A DNA stretch of 60,282 nucleotides, filler included, from Porpidia crustulata (lineage: Eukaryota): the NCBI GenBank assembly GCA_964255105.1. It is 2 parts of 2 records of this genome, joined end to end, with 100 filler letters (N's around TTAATTAATTAA, not from the genome) between each part and the next. Parts side by side here need not be neighbours in the genome. Positions count along the whole stretch, not along the records: positions 1 to 30,231 come from CAXUWE010000021.1; 1 more part is not named here. The stretch is one strand, 5' to 3'. The position numbers were made by a program, and so were the translations under genes. Positions 12,901 to 25,171 of this stretch are shown here, in pieces. How positions within the stretch are numbered: the first letter of the stretch is position 1; each line of letters begins with the position of its first letter. Under the pieces are notes generated by a model, which saw only the letters and a list, made by a program, of their open reading frames with translations, was not told the origin of the DNA and did no database searches.

Positions 12901-14489
12901 TCTTCTGAGCGTCCTCAGTCGATGTGTATTATACACAGAAATGGGTTCTTCGACGGATGCTCACCGGAAAGCATACAAATATACACGGCAAATACCATCT
13001 TCAATCAGGCTAGTCAGTACAAATAAGTTCTATCTTGGACCAAAACTTACATGGAGATAATTAGGGGATTTTAAAACTTGAATCTAGGCATAGCGGGCCC
13101 TTCGATGGTATCTGAAGCCAAGAGCGGCTCGAGAGCGCCAAAGTCTCGAATTCGCAGCTCTCATTTCCGCGGCAAAGTATTGACGACAGCGATACGATTC
13201 ACTATATGATCGGGTTGATAGCATCCGAAGATCAATATTTTGATCACCTAATCAGGCATGGTGTCATGTGTCGGATGACACATTAGATATTGTCCCTAGA
13301 ACCTATTGCACCTTTGAGATGCCTGCATGTTTGGGAGGCCCTCTAACATCGCCTGGACGAGATGGGCCAGTGATAGCGATCGACTTGTTGACGATTGTTT
13401 CGCTACTGCCCTGGGCCTATCGTGTTTCATTTATCAGTAGCTCTGCTGTTGGCTACCGTGTCTCATGAGACTGCCATTCCATGCGCATCAACAGATACAG
13501 ATCTAGATACTACATATAGTGTTGTTCCTGGTCACCGCTCGTGCCCATATTTACGAAGATACGTTTTGGTCCCTCGAGCGCAAGGCACATGGTACTTTGG
13601 GCCCTTTAACGTTCTGGGAAGTAAGAAGCAAGGCAACTGGGTACCCCTCGCTTCATTTCGTGAACGTCAGGCAGGCATTATGAGCAATCCCAGGTTACGA
13701 TACACATTTCGGTCGCAATTGAGGTATTCTTGGTGTTCAATGACCAAGGCTGATTCGCGGAATGAAGAACTTCGCAATGCACGTTGCTAGATAGCGAAAC
13801 TCTCTTCAAATATCGAAAACAGATTCAAGGTTGAGATCTGATACTGAAACCAAATCAAATTATACAGGGGGCCCAGGCTTTATAGTCCCCGACCCAGCGC
13901 CTTCAGCCAGGCGAAGAGCTCTAAGACAGATTTCTGGATTCTTGGGTGAAGGGCAATGCTGAAAGTGGAGATCACGTACTCCTCCGCGAGAAAAAGCTTC
14001 ACATCCCCCTAAGCACAACCAGCGCGAACAGGAAAGCATGAAACCATGGCTGGAGAGCAAGGTTATTCTAATAATGAGCGTATAGAGTGAGTGGTGTTCT
14101 ATTAATATTTCCAGATGTTTTAGCCTTTTTATCGTTCTCCTTCAAAATTAAAAAAATCATAACTTTTCACATCCTTGAAATGACTTTTCGAATCATTGAC
14201 CTCAAGGACCACACAAGATTGTCGAGATCTCACTCCAATGGATGAGATACTGCGCACACTGATTCTCCAAGCCCTTCAAATACCATCTACCCAAATAATC
14301 AAAACATTTGCTCGGATGTTCATACCGAAAGATTGAAGAGGAAAAATATCCGAAAATCGTATCATGAGATCTGATGTCCACGCGAGTCTCGACCGGTTGT
14401 GGGGACTCTGATCCCGTCATTCGATTAATTCTTGATGATGCCAAGCATTATCAGGCCATCGAATTTGATCAGAGTCAGGAATGTCACTG

Positions 14490-14924
14490 TCACAACCAGG
14501 GTCTTTGCTGCTGCGTCAGCGAACCTTCCCAGTCTCCGCGTCCATATCCCCGTGCCGTGGCCTCGCGTATCATTGCTTGGATTCTTTCGTCGCGAGCGCG
14601 TTCTATTGGGTCCATAATTGCGTACTCATTTCTTAGCCTTGCGATGAATCTTGCGTTGGACTCGCGTCGCTCTCGCGCCAGGCTGTTTTCAACGTTAGAA
14701 TTTGTTGCTTCAACTATCCTGTGATCCGCGGTCCTTGAATGACCACCTCCATTCTGATTAACTCCGTTCTGACCAGCTCCATTTTGAATAGCTCTATTGG
14801 AACCAATTTCATTCGGTCTAGCTACCGTTGCAACTGCGCGTCCATTCTGATTGGAAGAACCACCATTCGCACTGTTGGTTTGGTTCTGTGTCGTGGAGGG
14901 TGTGCCTCCCTGTGTTATGTCCAC
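14490..14924 (-). CDS. Hypothetical N/Q/G-rich orphan protein (may splice on to the ORF at 14202-14444)
   Basis: ATG-initiated 144-aa ORF with a low-complexity QNG-repeat N-half and a charged helical C-half. No family recognised. Confidence 0.35.
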   Translation of the reverse strand: MDITQGGTPSTTQNQTNSANGGSSNQNGRAVATVARPNEIGSNRAIQNGAGQNGVNQNGGGHSRTADHRIVEATNSNVENSLARERRESNARFIARLRNEYAIMDPIERARDERIQAMIREATARGYGRGDWEGSLTQQQRPWL

Positions 14925-17880
14925 TTTTTAGTGGGGTCACACCTCCATGACAAGACCAACAACATACCGACATTTCTACACTGTTAAGTTGATTATGGCA
15001 ATTGAATGGCTAAATTCTATCTCTCGACACTCTTCAGTCAGTGTATCATTGGTAGTATACTTGGCAGACCTACATGAAGGGAGACTTTGATAGCTTATTG
15101 CTAGATATTGGTCGAGGGTCCAGAAGGAAGCTCGTTCTCTGTGAGGGCGAAGGAATTGAGATCTTGAACTTTGATGCCAGTAGAGACACGGAGGATCTGC
15201 CAGGCTTTATAGCCCACGAACCAAGGGCATCGGCTAGGCGGAATTCTCCAAGGACTGGCATAAGCAGGGCAATATTGGCAGCAGAAATCACACACATGTT
15301 CACAGCGCTCTTGAGTGATGCAAAGTGAAAGGGAGTGAGGACAAAGCATTACGTTGCCAATCTCAGAACGTCCGCTGATAGGAAGGATCGAACCAGATGC
15401 TGGGAGGACGAGTGATGGAGACGGGTAGAGGCAGCAATAAACGCGGAAGTGGGCAGTCAATTTGCCTCTGTACCCGAAGTAAACGTGAATGGCGGCTCCA
15501 AAGCCAGGTAGTGCAAGCATGTCTCGAACAGATTGGGATGTCAAGTTGTACAAGCTGAACGGATTGAGAAAGCTGACGGAGCCGTGTAAAGATATCTCAC
15601 AAGTGGGGACCAGGCAACGAGGTTGAAGAATGAACAATCAACGACGCTGAGCAAACCAAGTTTCTGATAGGAGGATCCCAGAACTCGTGTTGTACAAGTT
15701 GACGAATTGGGAAAACTAGAGAGACTGCATGAACTCATTGCAAAGATTGGGTAAAAAGTAGTGAAGTCGAAGATGAAGTATGAATTTCCTAAGCGAAGAC
15801 ATTGTGTAAAGGTTGGATAAATATTGTGCTAAGGAGGAGGAACGACAAGAGATTTGAAAGCGGATGGCAAGTTTTGGAGGTGAAGCACTGGCGACTCTTG
15901 GGCATTCGATTTCCTGAGAGAACAGAGGTTTTCTGCAATCATTCACGTTGAATAGATTGGAGAAACCAGAATAGCCTTGTTCAAAAAGATCAAGCAACGC
16001 AGGCTGATGCATGAATCGCAGCAAAAGTAGAAAAGCAGGCAGCAATATTCGGTATATATGCACTTGAGGCCTTGGCCTGGTTTTCTGATTCATAGAAGGA
16101 TCGGGATCGGGGAGTAACGTTGTATAGCTCGAACCGCTTTGGGAAGCCCTCTGTTCACTGCTTGTTCACCACCATGGTAAGAATTCCTGTTCTTGCTGTA
16201 CCGGTCACTTATGGCAGCCGACAAGCTATTGTTATATACAGGGCCATTGTGCTCTGTCCTTTCCTAATAGCAGATTGAGACAATTTCACTGCAAGTCTAC
16301 CGCACAGATTCGATACTCATCACCATATTAGGATACTAATAGGAGTAAAAAGACCCCAAGCTCAGATATTAATCACGACACGGTCGATGTCTGAATTAAT
16401 GGGCTCAATACCGGCGAGTCGATACTTCCGGTGCTGCCGGAGATTCTGCGGCATGCTCTATGATAGCGAGGAGATATCTGGTAGCATCTGATGTTTAATT
16501 TGCAGTCATGCATTTTGCGAGAAGTGTTGCGGCTACACCAGTAAGTTCTACATTTCCAAATAACGTTACATCGTATCGCATTTACTCATCTTCGTATACA
16601 GCACCGTATGACAATTTAGGTAATTTCATATATATTGTCTTACGAGAACCGAGTTTGACCTTTGGACAGCCGACAAACACATCGACGAAGCTGTTAAAGA
16701 GTTTGCAGCAGCTGCCGGTACTTCCTCCTGCCTCATCATCGAGCGTTGTCGCTTCGAGCGCTAAAATCTTCAAGCATTATCTGCCTAAATACTGCCAGCT
16801 TCCGCATCTTCTGCAAATCCGCCCCGAATATGTTCAAGCGATGTTCCAGATCTTAGACTGTTCATACCGGGCGTACATTCGATAGTGCGGATTCCGTCAT
16901 ATAAAAGCCATGTACACGAACCGGGCCTCGCTCTCAAGTACCGACGGGATGCCAATCCCCGTTGGCTTGCTCAACACACAACTTCCGAGGGATCATCGAG
17001 AACTGTTGGCAATCCGTCCTCAGCCTCCACTCATTTGAAGCCATCAACACCAGTACTTGAGCAGTTCCAACATCCAACAAGTCTACCAGCGCCACCAGAA
17101 CGCCGTTCGCGCCGAGAAGTAGAACGTCGTGTACCAAGTGGTGCCCAGGAACGGTCCCGTTGCGATGGGCATGACGGACAGGAAGCGAACGACAAACGTC
17201 AAAAACGTAACTAGTATTCGGTATCATAGCCGAAATCACAATGACATGATTCTTGTCGACAGATTCTCCTAATTTCTCCCCTCGTGAGAACAGCGGCAGC
17301 GGCTTAGATAGATATCAACTCGGCTCTGTGGAAAAAAAAAAACATCTAGCAACACAACCCGCGTCTCAATCGCCTCTCCACGCAATTCATCCATTCCAAA
17401 TATAACCCCTGCACGATCGTCTCAAAACCCAACCAGCCAGCACCGCTGTGGATCACAGAAACCGCAATCCCAGATATCAAAGTATAATCGTCCATGGCAT
17501 CAAAGTCAAAGTATACATGTATCAAAAGTACCGTCGAAGGCGGGAAGCCGACTTGTATTTTCTCATCGTTATAGGAAAGGTGGGATTTTGGAATTGGGAA
17601 AATAACCAACGCATTTATTTTTTGTTTTTTCCTAGATCTCCACCCCCCCCCCTCACCTCAAAAATAGAAAAGAAAAAAATGAGATACCACTCGCAGTGGA
17701 ATTATCTAGATAGGATGAGGAAAGTGGCTAAGAGGATATGACTCCCACATCCCAACGGCCTGCAAAATGGCGATCGTTCTTCTAGGAATTGAAACGAGGT
17801 CGGGTTTGGAGTGATGGAAAGGTGTTATAACTATTTGTTGCTTATCCAGGCCCATGGTCGCGGACGCCCTGAAAGATCCG

Positions 17881-18021
17881 TTCTATTACTCCTCTTTATT
17901 CTATTACAATTTCCCTTTCCATTACTCCTTTCCGTTTCATTACCCCTTTCCGTTCCATTACCCCTTTCCCGTCCATTACCCCTTTCCGTTCCATTACCCC
18001 TTTCCCTTCTATTACCCTTTT
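17881..18021. repeat. 18-bp minisatellite (~8 units, consensus TTCCATTACCCCTTTCCG)
   Basis: Directly visible tandem units; it produces the HYPFPF and LPLSVP periodic ORFs. Confidence 0.9.
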
Positions 18022-18131
18022 AACCCATCCAAAAAAATAATCCGAAAAATCATCTTCAATTTATCGACCGCAGACCCAAGTCTTTGGTCCTCCTACCCTC
18101 GAACATCGCCTCTTGACAATCCCATTCTCCC

Positions 18132-18707
18132 TCAGCCATGGCGTTTCCGACCCCTTTTGGAGCTTCTGCCGTTCCCGCCATCGTCGCGGGACTCGGTGTG
18201 TCTCTTCTTGCTGCTACTGCCTCCTTCACCGCCATGACCGCTTCCACCGCTTCGATTGACCGGCTGCTTCAGATGCTCGGCGGTATCGTCCAACTCCCAC
18301 TCCGCATCCTCACCCCTCCATAGCTTTGCCTTCCTTGCAGCCTCCTCCTGCTCCCACTTGGCCTTCGCTTGGTTGTACGCCGAGGCCAAGGCACGGTCGT
18401 GGGGGTCGCTGAAATCAGCTATATTTGCATTTCGCGGAGCGGGCCCCGGATGATTCTGAGAGATCGAACCGTACGGAGAGACGGCCGTTGACGCATGTAT
18501 TGGGCTACCAGAGGTAATCTGGGCTTCCGGGGGTGCAGTCGCTTCGGATGTCGATGACTGAGTAATTCTTGGATTGCCACAATCTTTATATAGCTCATGA
18601 CAACAAGCCTGATTGATGCAAACATTTCTAAATCTTTGTACCCAATACGGACTCGAGAGCTTGCACTTGCAGCATTGGTAGTATGGATTATAGGCTATCC
18701 TAGACAT
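18132..18707 (-). CDS. Hypothetical protein with Cys/His-rich N-terminus and basic C-terminus
   Basis: ATG 18707: YYQCCKC..C..C.CH....C pattern, a coiled segment and an NLS-like KRGRKR tail. Composition looks protein-like, but no named family. Confidence 0.5.
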   Translation of the reverse strand: MSRIAYNPYYQCCKCKLSSPYWVQRFRNVCINQACCHELYKDCGNPRITQSSTSEATAPPEAQITSGSPIHASTAVSPYGSISQNHPGPAPRNANIADFSDPHDRALASAYNQAKAKWEQEEAARKAKLWRGEDAEWELDDTAEHLKQPVNRSGGSGHGGEGGSSSKKRHTESRDDGGNGRSSKRGRKRHG

Positions 18708-19958
18708 TATAGGGATCAAGAAGCCAAGACTCGAAAGGTGATTAAACGATCGATGCTGTAGTAAAAAGCTGTTCCTAACTTAGACTGTATTGGTTTGCTG
18801 GGGGGAGGATGTCTCATAAGGGCGCTTGACGAAATAGTAAAGTAAGAGGAGGATACGTCTCCTAGATATGCAGTGGGATTGAAGAGGCCTGATCAAAAAA
18901 GAATCCCTAAGAAATTCATTCGCCACGAGTGAAGCTGTCAAAGTCGTTTTCGCATCACTTTGAGATGCAGAGTCCCGAGTGGTACAAGGTCTTTCACCAA
19001 ATTGGGAATCCACCCAATGTAACATGATCGACAGATTTGGGGCAGTAAGTGTGAAGAGCCAGTAACAAGACAAAGCAAGTGCAGGGAATGCATGAAATAG
19101 TGGTAGGCAGCAAAATTTCAAAAGTTCCCACATAAAAGATTGGAAGAAGCATTTGAAGCCCTTACAAGGACCTCAAAGACGGCCATTCCTCCAAAAATAC
19201 AAACCTCCGCCTGTTGTCGATCAAAACCCCGAAAGCACCGCAACGGACAGCCTCTGCTGTACAAATCAACCCGAACTCAGAAGCTGGAGAGCTCAAGTCT
19301 GCAGGAATTACAAGTGAATGTAGATCCGCCAAAGATGGAAAGTCATGGTTAATGCTATGGATGAAGCACTCGGGATTCCGAGGCTACACAGCTTGTTCAT
19401 AGCGAAACTGGAATTCCCTGATTGGCTTTCTCAGAATGACTTTGGAAGAAAGTGAAGAGGACGCGGTGGATGAGCGCAGGAGACTTGCATGGCTTTCCTG
19501 GTGAAGATGAAAAATAATGACGGGTGGAATTTTAGATGACGTACGGCTGAGTCGGAGGAGTGAAGATTTGATGAGGCGAATTTGGACCATTCACCAATTG
19601 ACGTGAACAACCTGCGGAACCTGTCCAGAGCCAGCAATCCAACATCAATCCTCCTCCCATGGTCTTGTACTCTGATCATCATGTTTCCTCTACTTTAGGG
19701 ACCAAGAAAGCGTTTGGTCTCATTATGGTAATGCATTAACGCTCCCATTTTCTCATCTTGCTGGCACTATTTGCGATTCCATCAGCATTTACAGACAGAG
19801 GACGCTTGTTGTTGCAGCCGCCTCCACCACTTTCCTCACAATCACCAGGGACGGTCTGCCGCTCGTACTTGTTCTTGAGTGGCCCCTGCGTTCTAGCGAC
19901 ATGTGCGGCCACCGCAGTCTTCTGCAACACTTGGTCTTATGGGCGGAGCTAGCATGGT

Positions 19959-20320
19959 GTGACCATCGGCGGAGTCTTCTGGATCGAGGAAATTATAAAT
20001 GAGATACAAGAAGCGGCCGCTGGAGATGAAGAGGATCGGTTTGGCGATGAAGATGAAGCGACAAATAAGAAAGGGCAACAAGCTAGTAAAGCGTGGAAGA
20101 TAGAAAACGATTATGAACCTGACGAAAGACATGGAGGCATTGGGACTGGATGAAAGAGCTCGCGGAGTATTCCAGGTCATGCGGCTTTACCCCCCAAGGT
20201 GGAATTGGCAGAATGGGCGATAGCGATTTCGATCTGACGAATAAGGCTTCCATGGCGAAGGCGAAGAAGTGGGCTCGGCGCTACGATGATGAGCGCTTCT
20301 GGAGTGGCGCCAGCCCGTAG
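19959..20320 (+). pseudogene. Probable frameshifted remnant of a hypothetical gene
   Basis: An acidic ORF (19959-20153) continues in another frame as HWDWMKELAEYSRSCGFTPQGGIGRMGDSDFDLT..ARRYDDERFW. No clear start. Confidence 0.3.
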
Positions 20321-20610
20321 AGACCTGCGGCTAAGGGGCATCTCTGTTGCATTGTACTGTAATTAGATAGACTGGCTTGCGGTCTAGTCTGAGGACTCCA
20401 GGGGCACCTCTCCTCCTATAAGGCATTCAGGATCAACCGTCCACTTCTGCCGTTGGCAAGACTTCTGGAGTAGCCTTCATGGATCGAAGTGGAGCAGTGA
20501 GCGGTCTCCAAAAGATTAGCTATCTCCTCGCGCTGGCTGTGGGCCGTGATGATCAGTGCGTTGTGTGTAGACAAGAGAAATCTTAGTGCATATGCACATG
20601 CTCAAATCAC

Positions 20611-22620
20611 CTATATGCTCTTTCCAAGCTTCTCCTCCACCGCATCTTTCATATCCTGACCTGCAGGCATACTTGCGCGCTTTTCTCGCCTCCTCATCGC
20701 CTCGACTTCATCCTTGATCTCCTTTACCGCTTCATCGATATCTTTCCCAGGATCACTAGGTAGACCCATGAGGGGATGTTCACTCCTCTCTTTTGGCTGC
20801 AGATGTTGCTGATTCCTCGCTTTCAATTTCTTGGTAAGCCATATTTTGGCAGGGGAAGAGAAGAACGCCATAGACGCCGCAGTGCCAAGCACAACGTAGA
20901 AGTAAACTCGGGACCATACAAGGAGGGAGTCAGGTAACGTAAGCAGGACAAACGGCGCCGTCGTGAAACTAAAGGCTGCTTGCGTGACTATATATGATAG
21001 GACGTCATAATAAGGCTTGTATGCTGTCGGTTGTTGGCCGTCCGGTGTGAGGAAAAAGGGGCGGACTTGGCGTCGGAAATCTATCAGAGTCAGTACCCCA
21101 TAGACTAGGAAACGTTTAAGGGTGAGCATACTCTTAGCTATGGTCTGCAAAAAGGCTGCCAGGACGAAGCTAAGGTAGTAGCCAGGGAAAAAACCATGCC
21201 AGAATGCACTGGTAGTGAATGTGGCTAAGCTCGCACGGAAGCCGGGCTTCTTGCCTTTAGGAGTGACCCGCAGGTACATGTAATTCCGTAGCCAGTTGTT
21301 GGTGTTCATATTCCAGTTTTCCAGATAAGCTCGTGAGTTTTGGGCTGTTTCAATGCCCCATGGGTTCACATTCTGCAGCCGATCCCACTGCACTCTCCCG
21401 GTCTTTGTGTCTATTCCTTTGTAGCCCATGCCTGACAGAATGCAAGCACCTTCAGTCAAGTACCAGACGCCATAATACTTCATCCTAGTCGAAACCCCTA
21501 GCATGTGTAACAGCCATAGTCGCCTTAGAAATCCGTACTGCATGTACTGATCCCCCAAAACAAGCTTAGAGTTGTACCACCCCGAGAATTTGAGAAACAG
21601 AAAGATCCAGACAAGCCCAATAACTGCTTTGATGGTGGCTGGCTTGCTACTTCGAGGTATCCTTCGCTTTTTGCGGGTCTGTGGTCTGTGCGCTGGGTCC
21701 GTACCTGCAGGTACCTCGAACATGCTCGTCTCGATCCAACGTCTGTAATCAACAAAATCAAACGCAGGCCCAGCAAACAAAGAGGGAAAAAAGAACTGTG
21801 CATTTTTAGGTCTGGTTCGTGGAATACTAGGTGACAACTCACAACATAACCAGCAAAGTCGATGATGGACGGCAGCTTAACAATGGCTCGCTCTTTCTGA
21901 AATTCAACAAGCTCCTTTGGCGGTAATCGTCCATCTTGCACATTCCAACAAAACGCAGTGAGCTGGTGGCTATCAGCACGGATATTGCATCTCTTTAATA
22001 AGCTGAGAATCTACCTTCATAACCATGACCATTTGTGCCCCTGTGTCTGGTGGTAAGCGTTAAGCCAGCCCTATGGGATACTTGACACACCAGTGATGTC
22101 GACCCTCTCCGGAGCATTGACATATTGTCTCTTTAGCTGGTTGATGGACATATGGCCCATAATGAACACAAAGCCTATCCATGGCATGAAAGGTCCTTGT
22201 ACATAAGCGGCAATAACATAGGCACCAACAGAGCTGATCAACAATGTACGAAGTCCGGCCCAGAGATCGAAAAGGCCAACCAAATACAACAGCGAGACAC
22301 TTTGAACACACTTAGCGTACTGGGTAATGTAAGCAGCGAGCAACAACGCACATTATGATGAATAGATTCTTTTGATAGGGTTTAGAATCAGGTATACGCT
22401 TCAGAACGCCAGCGAGAGGATACGAGAGTAGAAAAGAAGTGATAAGCTTCACTAGACTAGATCAGCCAGAATTTCGATGAGGACTCGCACGAGTCCTACA
22501 TTCGTCAACTGATGAGCCGGTCAATGAAGCGGCATACCGGAAAGCTGACCTGTTATTAGCTCAATCAAGCAATAGTATACCAATAGAATGAAACTTACGT
22601 ATGTCTATGTATGGCAGCAT
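20611..22620 (-). CDS. ALE1: MBOAT-family lysophospholipid acyltransferase (multi-exon)
   Basis: MLPYIDIP start, KLITSFLLSYPLAG, AQMVMVMK|LTAFCWNVQDG, FFPSLFAGPAFD, WNMNTNNWLRNY, SAFWHGFFPGYY (catalytic His). Confidence 0.95.
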
Positions 22621-22876
22621 CTCAGTTGACGACTTATGGGAGACTGGATTAGAGTTGCATAATTGCTACTGCAGGATTAGAAAAAAAAAGGGGGGGGGGA
22701 GGTTTGACTGTGACCGCCCGGCTGCGGTTCAACATCCCGCTAGCCCCTAGCTCCGCTTTGAATATGCGCCGACTCTTATATGTGGATATCGGCATTAAAG
22801 ACCTTGAATTCCTCGATTATCCTAAGAGGATGCTACTGCTTCGAGCGCTAGACCTGCAAAGCTTTCAGCATTCAGG

Positions 22877-24864
22877 ATGGACGTGGTCTCCGCAGTATCC
22901 GGCTACATATCGAAGATGGTGTCAGCTGGGGATTCTGCTTCAGGATCCTCATCTGCTAAAATGAAGATCCTCTTGCTAGATAGTGAGACAGTGCGAGTCT
23001 AGCGCAGTTATTTGATGGAATTCCTAGCTAATCTGCGCCAGGTGTCGATTGTCTCAACAGCTACCACGCAGTCAGCCTTGCTCAACCATGAGGTCTTCCT
23101 CACAGAGTAAGCCAGGTCCAACGCCGGAGTATCAAAGCTTATGTAACAAAAAGCCGTCTCGATAATACATCGCGCGAAAGGATGCGGCACCTGCGATGTC
23201 TGTGTTTTGTGCGGCCGTCAGCAGACTCAATACAATATCTCATAGATGAATTTAGGAATCCCAAGTATGGCGAATACTATATCTGTGAGCGAATCATGCA
23301 GTATTCGAGACAGTGTCATTATTGATACTCTCAAAGATTTTAGTAACATTATTCGCAAATCATCACTTGAAAGACTTGCGGAAGCCGACGACAACGAAGT
23401 GGTTCGCGGCATCCAGGAGTATTTTGCAGATTATATTATTGTCAATCCAGACCTACTATATCTCGATCTCGGCTTTCCTGAACACCGTTTGTGGAGCAGT
23501 ACACCAGACTCATGGAACCCTGACTCTCTCCAGCGATGCACCGACGGGGTTATAGCTCTACTACTATCGTTAAAGAAGAAGCCATTGATCAGATATGAGA
23601 AAAATAGTCTGTTGACAAAAAAACTCGCCACGGAAGTCCGGTACCAGATGACACAGGAGGAACAATTATTTGACTTTCGGAAAACGGATACTCCGCCAAT
23701 ACTTCTTCTACTAGATCGTCGTGATGATCCTATCACTCCTCTCCTGACACAATGGACGTATCAAGCCATGGTACATGAAATCCTTGGCATCTACAACGGA
23801 AGAGTAGATCTAAGTGATGTACCTGATATAAGGCCTGAGCTCAAACAGCTCGTTTTATCACAAGACCAGGACCCTTTTTTCAAGAAGAATATGTATCTGA
23901 ATTTCGGCGACCTTGGAAACAATATCAAAGAGTATGTTGAGCAGTTTTCATCAAAATCAAAGAGCACTGCTAGTATTGAATCAATTGCGGATATGAAGCG
24001 TTTCATCGAAGATTATCCCGAATTTAGGAAGCTCTCTGGGAACGTCAGCAAGCATGTAACGCTCGTCGGCGAACTTAGTAGACGAGTTGGTTCGGACGAT
24101 CTGTTGAGTGTCAGTGAACTAGAGCAAAGTCTAGCTTGCAGCGATAATCACAGCAGCGACCTAAAGGTAATTAGATTTGTCTTATTTGTAATTTTTCATC
24201 GCTTGCTGAATCTATATCTCAGAATCTACAGCGCCTCATTCAATCACCTAAGGTAACATCAGACAGTAAGCTTCGTCTCGTGGCATTGTATTCCTTGAGA
24301 TACGAAAAACATCCCTCGAATGCTCTACCCATGCTCCTCGATCTTCTGACTGCTGCTGGAAACGTCTCTCCGCGACGTGTCGAATTGGTACCAAAACTAC
24401 TCACCTACCACCATTCACTGCAATCGTCGCCTGCAGCTGGAGGCTTTACCGACCTCTTTGAGGCATCTTCCATATTCTCTGGGGCTCGTGATCGTTTCAA
24501 GGGCCTACGCGACGTTGAAAATGTCTACACACAGCATTCTCCTCGTCTAGAAGCCACGTTACAAAACCTTATCAAAGCCAAGTTGAAGGAGCAGCAGTAT
24601 CCTTTTATTGAAGGCGGCGGAACTACAAGAGACAAGCCACAGGACATTATCGTATTCATTATTGGAGGCGCAACATATGAAGAAGCCAAAATGGTTGCCC
24701 AAGTGAATGCTAGTTCTCCCGGAACAAGGGTTGTCCTAGGGGCCACTAGATTACACAATAGTACTACTTTCCTAGAAGAGGTAGACGATGCTGTGTCAAG
24801 TTGGCCTGCAACGGGGTCTTCTTCCACTGCTGCCAGGCTGAGGAAAGAATCTGGCAGACGTTGA
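22877..24864 (+). CDS. VPS45: Sec1/Munc18-family vacuolar sorting protein Vps45 (multi-exon)
   Basis: MDVVSAVSGYISKM..MKILLLDSET, LERLAEAD, DRRDDPITPLLTQWTYQAMVHE, ENVYTQHSP, GGATYEEA. Confidence 0.96.
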
Positions 24865-25171
24865 AAGTAGCGTGACTAAATATTAGAATGTAGGTGTTGT
24901 ACCTATCTACATTCATATTGAATGGACATCTACGGATAAGTCGGTGATCCTTCCTTCGTGTAGCATCAGTGATCTCAATTAAAACAGGGGTTGTAATACA
25001 TGATTTTGGGTACGTGAGACGATAACTAGTACAGTCTTTTCTCTAGGAGTGAGATATGAGATAAGTCTCAGAAATAGATTTAGACCGAAATGCGGCAAAC
25101 GCGGCTATCTAGCCAAGCGATCAGTCGCTGAATCGAAGCTCCCTCAAGAAGATTGCTTATACCTCCGTTAT

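Noticed and set aside
17881..18021. CRISPR-like array
   Set aside because: The units are directly tandem with no unique spacers, and the context is eukaryotic.
17854..18237. HYPFPF-repeat protein ORF
   Set aside because: It is a by-product of the 18-bp minisatellite and overlaps a more protein-like ORF on the opposite strand.
22681..22699. A9G10 homopolymer in the ALE1/VPS45 bidirectional promoter
   Set aside because: Common low-complexity promoter feature with no specific function supportable.
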